A DNA stretch of 52,334 nt from Micromonosporaceae bacterium (GTDB lineage: Bacteria > Actinomycetota > Actinomycetes > Mycobacteriales > Micromonosporaceae): positions 1 through 52,334 of the forward strand of contig DASVMV010000331.1 in NCBI GenBank assembly GCA_036384155.1, given 5' to 3'. Below, piece by piece: positions 8,228-17,860 of the stretch (position 1 is its first letter; every line of letters starts with the position of its first letter). The position numbers were made by a program, and so were the translations under genes. Under the pieces are notes generated by a model. That model had not been told where the DNA came from, ran no database searches, and saw only the letters and a list, made by a program, of their open reading frames with translations.

Positions 8228-9682
8228 ATGACGACGACAGGCGCATTGCCGACCGCCATGCCTCCGACCGCCATGCCTCCGACCGCCCAGCCGCGCACTA
8301 CACCCGCGCACCGGCCGGTTCGCCGGCCGGCGGCCACACCTCGGTGGTGGGCGGACGCGGCCGGCTTCGGCGCGGGGCTGAGCCTGGTCGTCGTCACGGC
8401 ACTGTGGGTCGGCAACGGCGGAGTCCAGCAAAGCGTCGCGGCCGGCTGGACCGCCGTTTCGGCCATCGGCCGGCTGAGCGGTCTGTGGGCCGCCGACCTC
8501 ATGCTGCTCCAGGTGCTGCTGCTGGCCCGGGTCCCGCTCGTGGAACGGGCCTTCGGCCAGGACCGGCTCGCCCGCTGGCACCGGTGGGTCGGGTTCACGT
8601 CGTTCCACCTCATGCTGGCCCACATTCTGCTGATCACGATGGGCTATGCCGGCCCGACGCGAACACATGTGCTGGTCCAGTTCTGGGACCTCGTCGTGTC
8701 GTACCCCGGCATGCTGCTGGCCGCCGCCGCCTCCGTGCTGCTGGTGATGGTCGTGGTCACCTCGCTCCGGGCGGCGCGCCGGCGACTCCGGTACGAGTCG
8801 TGGCACCTGCTGCACCTGTACGCCTACCTCGGCGTCGGCCTGGCCCTGCCCCACCAGCTGTGGACCGGAGCGGACTTCATCGGCTCGCCGCTCGCGCGGG
8901 CGTACTGGATGACGCTGTACGTGGTCTGCGCTGGCGCCGTGCTCGTGTACCGGCTGGCCCTGCCGGCCTGGCGCAGCTGGCGGCACCGCCTCCAGGTCGC
9001 CTCCGTCGTACCGGAGGGGCCGGGCCTCACCTCGATCTACCTGCGCGGGCGGCGCCTGGACCGGCTCCCGGCGCGGGCCGGCCAGTTCTTCCATTGGCGC
9101 TTCCTCGACGGCCCGGGCTGGTCGCGCGCCAACCCGTACTCGCTGTCCGGGCCGCCCCGCGCGGACCTGCTGCGGATCACCGTGAAGGACCTCGGTGACG
9201 GCAGCGGCCGGGTCGCCGGGCTGCGACCCGGTACGCCGGTGCTCCTCGAGGGACCGTACGGCCGGATGACCGCCGAGGCGTACCGCGGTGGGCCGGTGAC
9301 CATGCTCGCCTGCGGCATCGGGATCACGCCGCTGCTGGCCCTGCTGTGGGACCTGCCGTACCGGTACGGCGACGCGACGCTCGTCTACCGGGCGCGCAGC
9401 GAGACGGAGATCGCGTTCAGCTCGGAGCTGGACTGGTTGGCGAGACACCGGGGCGTCCGGGTCGTCTACCTCCTGGGACCCCGCGCGGAGCGGCCCTCGT
9501 GGCTGCCCCGTCAGGCCGCCGAACTGAGCGATGTGGACGGGCTCCGACGGATCGTGCCCGGAATCGCCCGCCACCACCTGTACCTCTGCGGACCCGACCC
9601 GTGGACCGAGGCCGTTCGGACCGCGGCTCGCGCGGCCGGCGTACCCGCCGACCGGATCCACTCCGAACACTTCGCCTGGTAA
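8228..9682 (+). CDS. Ferric-reductase-like transmembrane protein fused to a FAD/NAD(P)-binding domain
   Basis: N-terminal multi-TM region with conserved His pairs (HRWVGFTSFHLMLAHI, HLLHLYAYLG), then ANPYSLSG (RxYS-type FAD motif) and MLACGIGITP (NAD(P) motif). The N-terminus contains a duplicated PTAMP unit. Confidence 0.85.
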   Translation: MTTTGALPTAMPPTAMPPTAQPRTTPAHRPVRRPAATPRWWADAAGFGAGLSLVVVTALWVGNGGVQQSVAAGWTAVSAIGRLSGLWAADLMLLQVLLLARVPLVERAFGQDRLARWHRWVGFTSFHLMLAHILLITMGYAGPTRTHVLVQFWDLVVSYPGMLLAAAASVLLVMVVVTSLRAARRRLRYESWHLLHLYAYLGVGLALPHQLWTGADFIGSPLARAYWMTLYVVCAGAVLVYRLALPAWRSWRHRLQVASVVPEGPGLTSIYLRGRRLDRLPARAGQFFHWRFLDGPGWSRANPYSLSGPPRADLLRITVKDLGDGSGRVAGLRPGTPVLLEGPYGRMTAEAYRGGPVTMLACGIGITPLLALLWDLPYRYGDATLVYRARSETEIAFSSELDWLARHRGVRVVYLLGPRAERPSWLPRQAAELSDVDGLRRIVPGIARHHLYLCGPDPWTEAVRTAARAAGVPADRIHSEHFAW

Positions 9683-9708
9683 CGCTCGTAACCCGGAGGA
9701 CTACCGAG

Positions 9709-10188
9709 ATGCGACGAATCACCCTGTGGCTCCTGTCGACCGTGGCCGCACTGGTGCTGCTGTTCAGCTACCACACCAGCACGATGGGCACCGGCGGAAC
9801 CGAGTCCTCGCCGGTCGCGGGGGCGGTGCCGCGCCCCGCCGTCACCGGCGGCCCCTCCGGCGACGACGGTGCCGGTTCCGTCGGCGGCGGGACCACCGGC
9901 CAGCAGGGCAACGGGACGTACCGCGGCTCGGTCGTGCGGACCAGGTGGGGGCCGATCCAGGTCACCATCACGGTGGCCAGCCGCAAGATCACGAACGTGG
10001 CCGTGCCCATCTATCCGAACGGCAACCCGCGGGACGAGGAGATCAACTCGTACGCCCTGCCGATCCTGCGGCAGGCAACCCTCGACGCGCAGAGCGCCGA
10101 TATAGACACCGTCTCCGGCGCCACCGTCACCAGCGACGGTTACCACGAGTCGCTGCAGGCGGCCATCGACGCGGCGCACTTGTCATGA
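9709..10188 (+). CDS. Secreted/anchored FMN-binding domain protein
   Basis: ATG preceded by GGAGGA. Hydrophobic anchor LWLLSTVAALVLLF. The C-terminal DTVSGATVTSDG is the ApbE flavinylation motif of FMN_bind domains. Confidence 0.8.
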   Translation: MRRITLWLLSTVAALVLLFSYHTSTMGTGGTESSPVAGAVPRPAVTGGPSGDDGAGSVGGGTTGQQGNGTYRGSVVRTRWGPIQVTITVASRKITNVAVPIYPNGNPRDEEINSYALPILRQATLDAQSADIDTVSGATVTSDGYHESLQAAIDAAHLS

Positions 10189-11012
10189 CCAGGCCTGTCA
10201 TGACCGGGCCTATCATGAGCACCCGCATGCCGGAAACGGCCGCCATACCCCGACGGGCGTGGGTCGAGCAGATCATGGGCCTGCCGGTCAGCATCCACCT
10301 ACGCGGTGCCGCTCTCGGATCGTCGCGGGTCGAGCGACAGATCGCCGCGGTCTTCGCCGACCTCCGGCACGCCGACCGGGTGTTCAGCACCTATCGGGAG
10401 GACAGCGACCTCTCGCGCTGGGAGCGCGGCGCCCTGCCGCTGGCGGACGCGGACCCGACGCTTGCCGTCGTCATGGAACTCTGCGAGCAGGCGCGGCTGC
10501 GTACCGAGGGTTGGTTCGACGCCCGCCGCCTGCCTGACCGGCGCGGCGACCGGCTCCGCTACGACCCGTCGGGCCTCGTGAAGGGCTGGGCCGTGAAACG
10601 CGCCGCCCGACATCTGACCGGCCTCGTCGAAACCAGCTGGTGCATCAACGCCGGCGGTGACGTCTTGGTCTACGCGCCGGCCGGGCAACCGCCCTGGCGC
10701 GTCGGGATCGAAGACCCCGCCAACCCCGCACGGGTGCTGCGAATCATCGCCCGCGCGGGCGGCGCCGTCGCCACCTCCGGCGCGACCCACCGCGGGGCCC
10801 ACATCATCGATCCGTACGCCGGACGGGCCGCCACGGCCGTACGGGCCGTCACCGTCGTCGGCCCCGACCTGATGTGGGCGGACGTGTACGCCACCGCGGC
10901 CGTCGCGCGGGGGCCGCAGGCACTGACCTGGTTGGCCGATGTCGACGGCTACGAGGCACTGCTGGTCGACCGGCTCGGCGCGGTGCACTCGACCCCCGGC
11001 TGGCCGGGCTGA
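10185..11012 (+). CDS. apbE: FAD:protein FMN transferase (ApbE family)
   Basis: ATGA overlap with the upstream gene. Motifs DPSGLVKGWAV, AVATSGATHRG..HIIDPYAG and VVGPDLMWADVYATA are typical of ApbE. Confidence 0.8.
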   Translation: MTRPVMTGPIMSTRMPETAAIPRRAWVEQIMGLPVSIHLRGAALGSSRVERQIAAVFADLRHADRVFSTYREDSDLSRWERGALPLADADPTLAVVMELCEQARLRTEGWFDARRLPDRRGDRLRYDPSGLVKGWAVKRAARHLTGLVETSWCINAGGDVLVYAPAGQPPWRVGIEDPANPARVLRIIARAGGAVATSGATHRGAHIIDPYAGRAATAVRAVTVVGPDLMWADVYATAAVARGPQALTWLADVDGYEALLVDRLGAVHSTPGWPG

Positions 11013-11037
11013 CCAGTATGGCCAGGGCCGGGCAGGC

Positions 11038-12090
11038 TCAGCTTCGGCCGGGGAAGCCGCCACGGCGGCGCAGGTAGTAGGCGAACGTCGCCGTGCCCAG
11101 CGCCACGGCCCACAGCGGCCAGAGCATCAGCGGTAGGGCAGCGGCATTCAGGTCGCCGGCGAGATCCAGGAACTTCGGCGAGCTCACCGCCGAGACCCCC
11201 GCCGCGGCGACCGCGATCGTCACGAAGGTCGCCGGTACGACCGCCAGCAGGACCGGCACCGGCCGCCCGGCCAACCCGACCATCCAACGTGGAAACACCT
11301 CGCCCCAGCGCTGGATGAGGCCCAAGGTCAGGACCGCACCGACGACCGCGAACGCGCCCAGCCCCGCCCCGGCCCAGACTGCGTCGCTGTCCCGCAGGTC
11401 GCGGAGCGTCTCCTTGGACAGGCCCAGGGCGATGCCGGCGACCCAGGCGAACCGGGTCAGCGCGTACACCACAGGGATCGCCGCGGCCACGTACGTCGCC
11501 CGCCGGCCCCACCGGACCCACCGGGCGGCCGCCGCGGCCAAGGCCGCCGAGCCCGCGGTGCGACGTTGCCAACCGAGGACCGTGACCGCGATGAGTACGC
11601 CGCCGAGCACGGCCAGGCCCTTGTTGATCAGGCTCCAATCGAATACCTGCGCGTAGTCGACGTCCGGCCACCCGAACGGGGCACCGATGATCAGTATCGG
11701 GGCGTACCCGGCCAGCGCCAGGATCTCCATGTCCGGCACGACGATAAGCAGGGCGGCCGCTACCAGCCAGCCGTACGCGAGCAGGGCCGCCCTGGGAATC
11801 CCGCGAAGCAACACCGCCTGCTTGCCGGCCATCGCCAGCGTCACCACGGCGCCGGTCAGCAGGACCGCGGCGAACAGCGGCGCGCCGATGTCGACGGGCA
11901 GCAGGCGCAGCAGCGTGTCCATGCGCTGGTCGTCGTTCGGCCCGAAGGGATAGCCGTCGCCGGTCGCCGTCCAGACCAGCGCCAGCACCCCGTACAGGGC
12001 GGCCCACGTGGCGGCCAGATAGCCAATGCGGTCCCACCGCCGGCTTCCTTCGACCGGGGCCACCTCTGGTGGGTTGATTGTCGTACTCAT
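11038..12090 (-). CDS. Integral membrane protein, function unknown
   Basis: 350-aa hydrophobic protein starting MSTTINPPEVAP with a GAGGAG-like RBS upstream. The longer 730-aa ORF in the track is an artefactual upstream extension. Confidence 0.7.
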   Translation of the reverse strand: MSTTINPPEVAPVEGSRRWDRIGYLAATWAALYGVLALVWTATGDGYPFGPNDDQRMDTLLRLLPVDIGAPLFAAVLLTGAVVTLAMAGKQAVLLRGIPRAALLAYGWLVAAALLIVVPDMEILALAGYAPILIIGAPFGWPDVDYAQVFDWSLINKGLAVLGGVLIAVTVLGWQRRTAGSAALAAAAARWVRWGRRATYVAAAIPVVYALTRFAWVAGIALGLSKETLRDLRDSDAVWAGAGLGAFAVVGAVLTLGLIQRWGEVFPRWMVGLAGRPVPVLLAVVPATFVTIAVAAAGVSAVSSPKFLDLAGDLNAAALPLMLWPLWAVALGTATFAYYLRRRGGFPGRS

Positions 12091-12212
12091 GATGATCGCT
12101 CCTCGTCGATCCGGCGGTTGTCCTACCGCCACGATCGCGAGCGGGCGCGGCATTGACCTCCCGCGCCGGGGCGAACCATCTCCCCCGCCGGAGGGAACTC
12201 CCGTCTCCCCGG

Positions 12213-13202
12213 TCACAGCCAGCCGCGCTCGCGCGCCTGCCAGCCCAACTGCATGCGCGACCGCGAACCGGTGCGTTCCATCAGGTACTGCACGCGCCGT
12301 ACGACGGTGCGCCGGCTGACCCCGAGCCGGGCTGCGGCCGCCTCGTCGGTAAGGCCCGCGACCAGCAGCGACAACAGGTGCCGGTCTTCGGCGGAGATCG
12401 CCGGTTCCGCGGACGGTCCGGCCGCGTCGGTCATCGCTATGGCGGTCATAGCCATCGGCGTGGACTGGGCCCAGACGGTCTCGAAGAGCGCGACGAGCGC
12501 GTCCAGCAGGCCGCATGGATGTACGAGGAGCGCCGCGTCGTGCGCCGACGGGGTCCAGGCCAACGGCAGCAGAGCCAGTTCCCGGTCGGCAACCGCGAGC
12601 TTGGTCGGCAGCGACCTGGCGAGCCGGGCGTGCTCGCCCGAGCGGACATGGGTCGTCAGATTGCGCGCGATCGCCGGGTCGTCCAGCGCGATGAAGTCGT
12701 ACACGGCACGGTAGGTCACGCCCGCGGCCTCCCGGTCCAACTGGGTGCGGTTGACGACCGCGGGGTCCGCGTACGGTGGCGCCACCAAGACCCGCACCTC
12801 CCGGCGGGCCGTACGCTGCACCCGGTCGAACGCCCGGCCGACGGCGGACCGGCCGGACACGATCTCGATCAGCTCCTCGGTCCGCCGGTTGCTCGACCGG
12901 TTGTGTGCCTCGGTGGCCAGCCGGTGTGCCGCCTCCCGGGTCCGCTCCAGCTCTTCCTGCCGGCGCCGGATCAGCTGCTCGACCGCCAACTCGGGCGGCA
13001 CCGGCACGATCCGCTCCTGCGGCGGTGGTGTGCGGTGGACAAAACCTTCGCGTTCGAGGGCCGTGACGGCGCGGCGCACCTGAGCCACCGACAGGTTCGT
13101 CCGGTCGGCGAGCTGGGCAACCGACGCTGTGCCCTGCCGGACGAGAGCGAGGTAGGTCGCTTCCTCCGCCGGGCGCAGGCCGGCCGACCTCAGCACGGAC
13201 AT
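12213..13202 (-). CDS. Transcriptional regulator with a TrmB-like N-terminal HTH and a LuxR/GerE C-terminal HTH
   Basis: N-terminus: EATYLALVRQGTASVAQLADRTNLSVAQVRRAVTALEREGFV. C-terminus: EDRHLLSLLVAGLTDEAAAARLGVSRRTVVRRVQYLMERTG. The ATG at 13200-13202 is directly preceded by AGGAGG. Confidence 0.75.
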   Translation of the reverse strand: MSVLRSAGLRPAEEATYLALVRQGTASVAQLADRTNLSVAQVRRAVTALEREGFVHRTPPPQERIVPVPPELAVEQLIRRRQEELERTREAAHRLATEAHNRSSNRRTEELIEIVSGRSAVGRAFDRVQRTARREVRVLVAPPYADPAVVNRTQLDREAAGVTYRAVYDFIALDDPAIARNLTTHVRSGEHARLARSLPTKLAVADRELALLPLAWTPSAHDAALLVHPCGLLDALVALFETVWAQSTPMAMTAIAMTDAAGPSAEPAISAEDRHLLSLLVAGLTDEAAAARLGVSRRTVVRRVQYLMERTGSRSRMQLGWQARERGWL

Positions 13203-13206
13203 CCTC

Positions 13207-13268
13207 CTGGCGCATCTGAATCTGGCGCATCTGAATCTGGCGCGCCTCTGAATCTGGCGCATTTGAGT
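13207..13268. repeat. Tandem repeat, 4 x ~15 bp (ctggcgcatctgaat) in a divergent intergenic region
   Basis: Units at 13207-13221 and 13222-13236 (both perfect), 13237-13253 (17 nt variant) and 13254-13268 (variant). The array abuts the RBS of the regulator and lies about 95-155 nt upstream of the S8 peptidase start. Confidence 0.9.
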
Positions 13269-13360
13269 CATGGCGCAGCTGCGCTGGCCCTAGATCCTTT
13301 ACCGCACCGCAGCCGGATGTGACGCTGCCTCCTGCCGGACCGGCACGTCAAGGGAGATCC

Positions 13361-16300
13361 GTGATCAGGTCGCTTCGCCGCATTCTCGCCGCCGCCGTTT
13401 CCGTCGCCGTTTCCGTCACCGTTTCCGTCGCCGTGGTGGCAGCCGCCAGCCCACCCGCGACCGCCGCTCAGCAGTGGCCCGCCGCGGCCACGCCACCCCG
13501 GTCTGGCGGCCCGGCGGCCGTACACACCGTCACGCTGGTCACCGGCGACGTGATCCAACTCTCCGAGTTCGCCGACGGGCGGCAGGTGGCCGCCGTGGAC
13601 TACAGCCGTACGCCAAGCCGGCACGGCTTCCAGATGTCCGAGCGCGACGGGGACGTCTACGTGGTGCCCAACGAGGCCCTGCCGTACGTAGCGTCCGGCA
13701 AGGTCGACAAGGCCCTGTTCAACATCACCGACCTGGTGGCGGGCGGCTATTCCGACGGCGTCCGATCGACCCTGCCGCTGCTGATCACCGGCGAGCCGGC
13801 CGGGTCGAAAGCGCAGCCGGGAGCCCAGCCGAAAGCGCGGGCAGGAACCCGGGTCGCGGCTCCACCGACCCCGCCCGGAGCCAGCCGCAAGCGCGAACTG
13901 CGCAGCATCGGCGCGGTCGCCGTGGCCGAGGACAAGTCCCGCGCCCACGACTTCTGGGACGCCGTCACCGCCGGTCCCCGCACCCTTTCCGGCGGCGTGG
14001 GGAAGATCTGGCTGGACCGCCGGGTGCGGGCCGACCTGACCGACAGCGTTCCGCAGATCGGCGCGCCCGCGGCCTGGCACGCCGGTTACGACGGCACCGG
14101 CGTCAAGGTGGCGGTGCTGGACACCGGGTACGACCCCACCCATCCCGACCTCGCCGGCCGGATCGCGGGCGCGGCCAACTTCACCCCCGAATCCGACCCG
14201 GTCGACCGGTTCGGCCACGGCACGCACGTTGCCGCGACCATCGCGGGCAGCGGCACCGCCGGGCGTCCCGGCGGCAAGGGCGTCGCGCCCGGCGCGGACC
14301 TGCTGGTCGGCAAGGTGCTCGACACGAGCGGCTCGGGCGACCTGTCCTGGGTCATCGCGGGCATGGAGTGGGCGGTCGGCCAAGGGGCCCGGGTGGTCAA
14401 CGTCAGCCTGGGCGCGCAGGCATACGAGGGCCCGGACCCGGTCGCCGAGGCGGTCGACGCATTGACCGCGAGTTCGGGGGCGCTGTTCGTGGTCAGCGCG
14501 GGCAACTCCGGCCCCGACGTGCAGACCATCGGCACGCCCGGTACGGCGAGCAGCGCCCTCACCGTGGGCGCGGTGTCCAAACAGGACGAGTTGGCCGACT
14601 TTTCGAGCCGGGGACCACGGCTCGGCGACGGCATGGTCAAGCCGGAGATCACTGCGCCCGGCGTCGGCATCGTCGCCGCCCGCGCCGCCGGTCCCAGCCT
14701 GGGCGAAGTCGTCGACGCGTCGTACACCTCGTTGTCGGGCACGTCGATGGCCGCACCGCACGTGTCCGGCGCGGCGGCGCTACTCGCGCAGAAGCACCCG
14801 GACTGGCGAGCCGACCGGCTGAAGGCGGCGCTGGTGAGCGGCGCCGACCCCCAAGACGTCCCGGTATGGGAGCAGGGCGCCGGCCGGGTTGACGTGCCGA
14901 CGGCGCTCGACCAACGGGTCAGCGTGGACCAGGCGACGATCTCGTTCGGCAAGCTGACGGCCCACTCACCCGATCGCACCGCCACCATCACGTACCACAA
15001 CACCGGCAAGCGACCGGTCGCGCTCGCTCTCGACGCGCAGGCGCACGACGTCGGCGCGACCGGCAAGCCGGCGGTGCTTACCGTCACTCCGAACCAGCTG
15101 ACCGTTCCGGCCGGTGGCAGTGCGCAGGCCACCGTCCGACTGGATGCGACGGCAACTCCGGCCAACCTGTACGCCGGCATCCTGACCGCCCGGGGCGAGC
15201 ACCTGCAGGTGCGTACCCCGATCGGGTTCAACGTGACGGCGCCGACGCACACTCTCACGATCGAGGCGGTCGACCGCGACGGCGTCGCGGCGCACGGCTT
15301 CGACAGCCGGGCGGAGTTGTGGAACCTGGACACCGGCGAGAGCTACTACGGCTTCTTCTTCGGTGGCACTCCGGCCACCGTCGAACTGCCGGCCGGCCGG
15401 TACGCGTTGATGAACTACATCTCCAGCGTCGACGTCGCCGACTGGCCGAAGGACGCCACGGCGATCGGCGACCCGGAGCTGACCATCGACGGCGATCGCA
15501 CCGTGCACTTCGACGCCCGTACCGCCAGCGAACTGGTCGTCGACACGCCCGATCCGACCACGATGAGCCGGCTCGGGCTGGCCTGGCAGCGAACCACCGC
15601 GACCCGTTCGTTGCTGACCGGCATCTCGTACAACCCGGAAATGGTCCGGCACACCTACGCGACGCCGACCCGGCCGGTGTCGGTCGGCACGTTCGACTTC
15701 TTCACCCGCTGGGAACTGAACGCGCCACCACTGACCGCCCGGGTCGACGGCGCCGACGGCGCCGCCCTGCATGACCCGCGGCTGCTCGACGGCGCGCCGG
15801 CGCTGGACGGCACGCACACCATGCCGTTGGTCGACGGCGGCGGCGGCACAGCCGGGGAGTTGGCGGCGGCCGGCGCCCGGGACGCGGCGGTACTCATCCG
15901 CTACACCGGGTGGGACGCGGTAGAGGGCCAGCTGCGGGCGGCTGGGACAGCGGGCGCCCGGGTAGTCCTCCTAGCCGCCGACCAACCCGGCTTTGTCCTC
16001 GCCGTCGGGCCCTGGGCCGCCATGCCGTCGTACGCGATCGGGTACGAGGACGGCCAGCGCCTGCGAACGCGGCTGGCCACCGGTCCGGCGACGATCACAC
16101 TGACCGGGATCGCCCGCTCGCCTTACCGCTACGACCTGCTGTTCACCGAACGCGGCGCGATCCCGGCCGACCTGCACTACCAGGCGGAGGACCTGAAGCT
16201 GGCCACCTTGGACACCGAGTACCACCGGTACGGCCCGCGCATGCAGGCGATAGACAACCGCGCCGGCTTCCCGGACGGCGTGAACGTCGCCTTCTCCTTC

Positions 16301-17167
16301 CTGCATATGGTCACCGAACCGCACCGACGCACGGACCACGTCAGCACCGATGGCGTCGCGTGGCAGACCAGCGTGGTGGTCGACGCGGTGGGGCCGACCC
16401 AGGGCACCGGCTCGATGTTCGGCCCGCCGCGCACGCTGCGGCCCGGTCAACGGGCCCGTGAGGTGTGGTTCCCGGCGCTGACCCGCCCGGCCACACCGAA
16501 CACCCTGCCCAGCTACGCCTACGGCGTGCCGGCGAACCGGGCACACGACGCGATCCGGGTCGCCATCCCGCAGTACGCCAACGGCGACGCCACCCAGTAC
16601 GGCTGGGTGGATCGGCGGTTCGATCGCGCGGAACTGACGCTGCGCCAGGGGGCGACGGTCATCGGGCGCAGTGAAGACTCGTCAACCCAGTTCACCGTGC
16701 CCGAGCACAAGGCCGAGTACCAGCTGACCCTGGACGTCGCCCGCATCGCCTCCGACGACCAGGCCGGACGCAGCACCTCCACCGCCACGTCCACGACATG
16801 GACGTTCCGCTCGAAGCGCCCCGCACACGAGGCGCCGGTGGTGCTTCCGCTGCCGCAGATCGGGTACGACGTCGCGACCGACCTGGCCAACGCGGTGCGG
16901 GCCGACCGGCCGTACCCGCTGGTCCTGCGCCCGGGCTATCAGCCCGGAGCGACCGGCCCGGGACGGTTCGACGTCGACGTGGCGGTATCGTACGACGACG
17001 GGGCGCACTGGCAACCGGCCGCCACCACCGGCGGACCAGTGGTCACCGCCACCGTTCCGGCCGCGCCCGCCGGCGCGAGCTTCGCCACCATCCGGGTCAC
17101 CGCCCGCGACGCCGCGGGTAACGCGATCGAACAGACCATCTCGCGGGCGTGGAAGGTGATTCGCTGA
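13361..17167 (+). CDS. Large secreted S8 (subtilisin-like) serine peptidase
   Basis: GTG at 13361 after AGGGAG. Signal-like IRSLRRILAAAVSVAVSVTVSVAVVAAA. Catalytic motifs VAVLDTGYD, HGTHVAATIAG and SGTSMAAPHVSGAAALL, followed by about 800 aa of C-terminal extension. Confidence 0.85.
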   Translation: MIRSLRRILAAAVSVAVSVTVSVAVVAAASPPATAAQQWPAAATPPRSGGPAAVHTVTLVTGDVIQLSEFADGRQVAAVDYSRTPSRHGFQMSERDGDVYVVPNEALPYVASGKVDKALFNITDLVAGGYSDGVRSTLPLLITGEPAGSKAQPGAQPKARAGTRVAAPPTPPGASRKRELRSIGAVAVAEDKSRAHDFWDAVTAGPRTLSGGVGKIWLDRRVRADLTDSVPQIGAPAAWHAGYDGTGVKVAVLDTGYDPTHPDLAGRIAGAANFTPESDPVDRFGHGTHVAATIAGSGTAGRPGGKGVAPGADLLVGKVLDTSGSGDLSWVIAGMEWAVGQGARVVNVSLGAQAYEGPDPVAEAVDALTASSGALFVVSAGNSGPDVQTIGTPGTASSALTVGAVSKQDELADFSSRGPRLGDGMVKPEITAPGVGIVAARAAGPSLGEVVDASYTSLSGTSMAAPHVSGAAALLAQKHPDWRADRLKAALVSGADPQDVPVWEQGAGRVDVPTALDQRVSVDQATISFGKLTAHSPDRTATITYHNTGKRPVALALDAQAHDVGATGKPAVLTVTPNQLTVPAGGSAQATVRLDATATPANLYAGILTARGEHLQVRTPIGFNVTAPTHTLTIEAVDRDGVAAHGFDSRAELWNLDTGESYYGFFFGGTPATVELPAGRYALMNYISSVDVADWPKDATAIGDPELTIDGDRTVHFDARTASELVVDTPDPTTMSRLGLAWQRTTATRSLLTGISYNPEMVRHTYATPTRPVSVGTFDFFTRWELNAPPLTARVDGADGAALHDPRLLDGAPALDGTHTMPLVDGGGGTAGELAAAGARDAAVLIRYTGWDAVEGQLRAAGTAGARVVLLAADQPGFVLAVGPWAAMPSYAIGYEDGQRLRTRLATGPATITLTGIARSPYRYDLLFTERGAIPADLHYQAEDLKLATLDTEYHRYGPRMQAIDNRAGFPDGVNVAFSFLHMVTEPHRRTDHVSTDGVAWQTSVVVDAVGPTQGTGSMFGPPRTLRPGQRAREVWFPALTRPATPNTLPSYAYGVPANRAHDAIRVAIPQYANGDATQYGWVDRRFDRAELTLRQGATVIGRSEDSSTQFTVPEHKAEYQLTLDVARIASDDQAGRSTSTATSTTWTFRSKRPAHEAPVVLPLPQIGYDVATDLANAVRADRPYPLVLRPGYQPGATGPGRFDVDVAVSYDDGAHWQPAATTGGPVVTATVPAAPAGASFATIRVTARDAAGNAIEQTISRAWKVIR

Positions 17168-17206
17168 CGGCCCGGGGCCGGTCGGTGAAAGGTGGGGTCC
17201 GCCCGA

Positions 17207-17860
17207 TCAGCCCGTGGGCGTGATGAAACCCGACTCGTACGCCGCGATCACGGCCTGGGTGCGGTCCCGCGCGCCGAGCTTGCCCAGCACGTTCCCCACG
17301 TGCGTCTTCACCGTCTCGACACCCACGACGAGTTCCGCCGCTATCTCCACGTTGGACAACCCGGCCGCCATCAGCCGCAGCACCTCGGCTTCGCGATCGG
17401 TCAACCGGGCCGCGCGCAGGCGGTCGCCGTTGCCACCGCGCCCATGGGCGGCCACCAGCCGCCGGACCGCGGCCGGAAACAGCAGCGAATCGCCCTGGGC
17501 GACCAGCCGGATCGCCGCCACCACGTCGGCCGGACGGGCCCGCTTGAGCAGGAATCCACTCGCCCCGGCGAGCAGCGCCTCGTACACGTACTCGTCGTTC
17601 TCGAAGGTCGTGATGACCAGGACCCGGGGCGGCCGCGCGGCCGTGGCCAGCAGGTGCCGGGTGGCCTGGATGCCGTCGATGGCCGGCATCCGCACGTCCA
17701 TCAACACCACGTCCGGCCGCAGCCGCGCCACCAGCGGCGGCACCTCGGCTCCGTCGGCGGCCTCGCCCACCACCTGCAGGTCGGGTTGCGCGTCCACGAT
17801 CGCGCGGAGCCCCACCCGGATCAGCTCGTCGTCGTCCACGATCAGGACGCTGGTGCTCAT
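17207..17860 (-). CDS. NarL/FixJ-family response regulator
   Basis: Receiver domain VLIVDDDELIRVGL...VVLMDVRMP. LuxR HTH LTDREAEVLRLMAAGLSNVEIAAELVVGVETVKTHV. ATGA overlap with the kinase gene. Confidence 0.9.
   Translation of the reverse strand: MSTSVLIVDDDELIRVGLRAIVDAQPDLQVVGEAADGAEVPPLVARLRPDVVLMDVRMPAIDGIQATRHLLATAARPPRVLVITTFENDEYVYEALLAGASGFLLKRARPADVVAAIRLVAQGDSLLFPAAVRRLVAAHGRGGNGDRLRAARLTDREAEVLRLMAAGLSNVEIAAELVVGVETVKTHVGNVLGKLGARDRTQAVIAAYESGFITPTG

Noticed and set aside
12091-13230. N-terminal 380 residues of the 730-aa minus-strand ORF (11038-13230)
   Set aside because: This part overlaps the TrmB-LuxR regulator in another frame and is Arg/Pro/Gly-rich. The hydrophobic protein starts convincingly at ATG 12090, which has an RBS.
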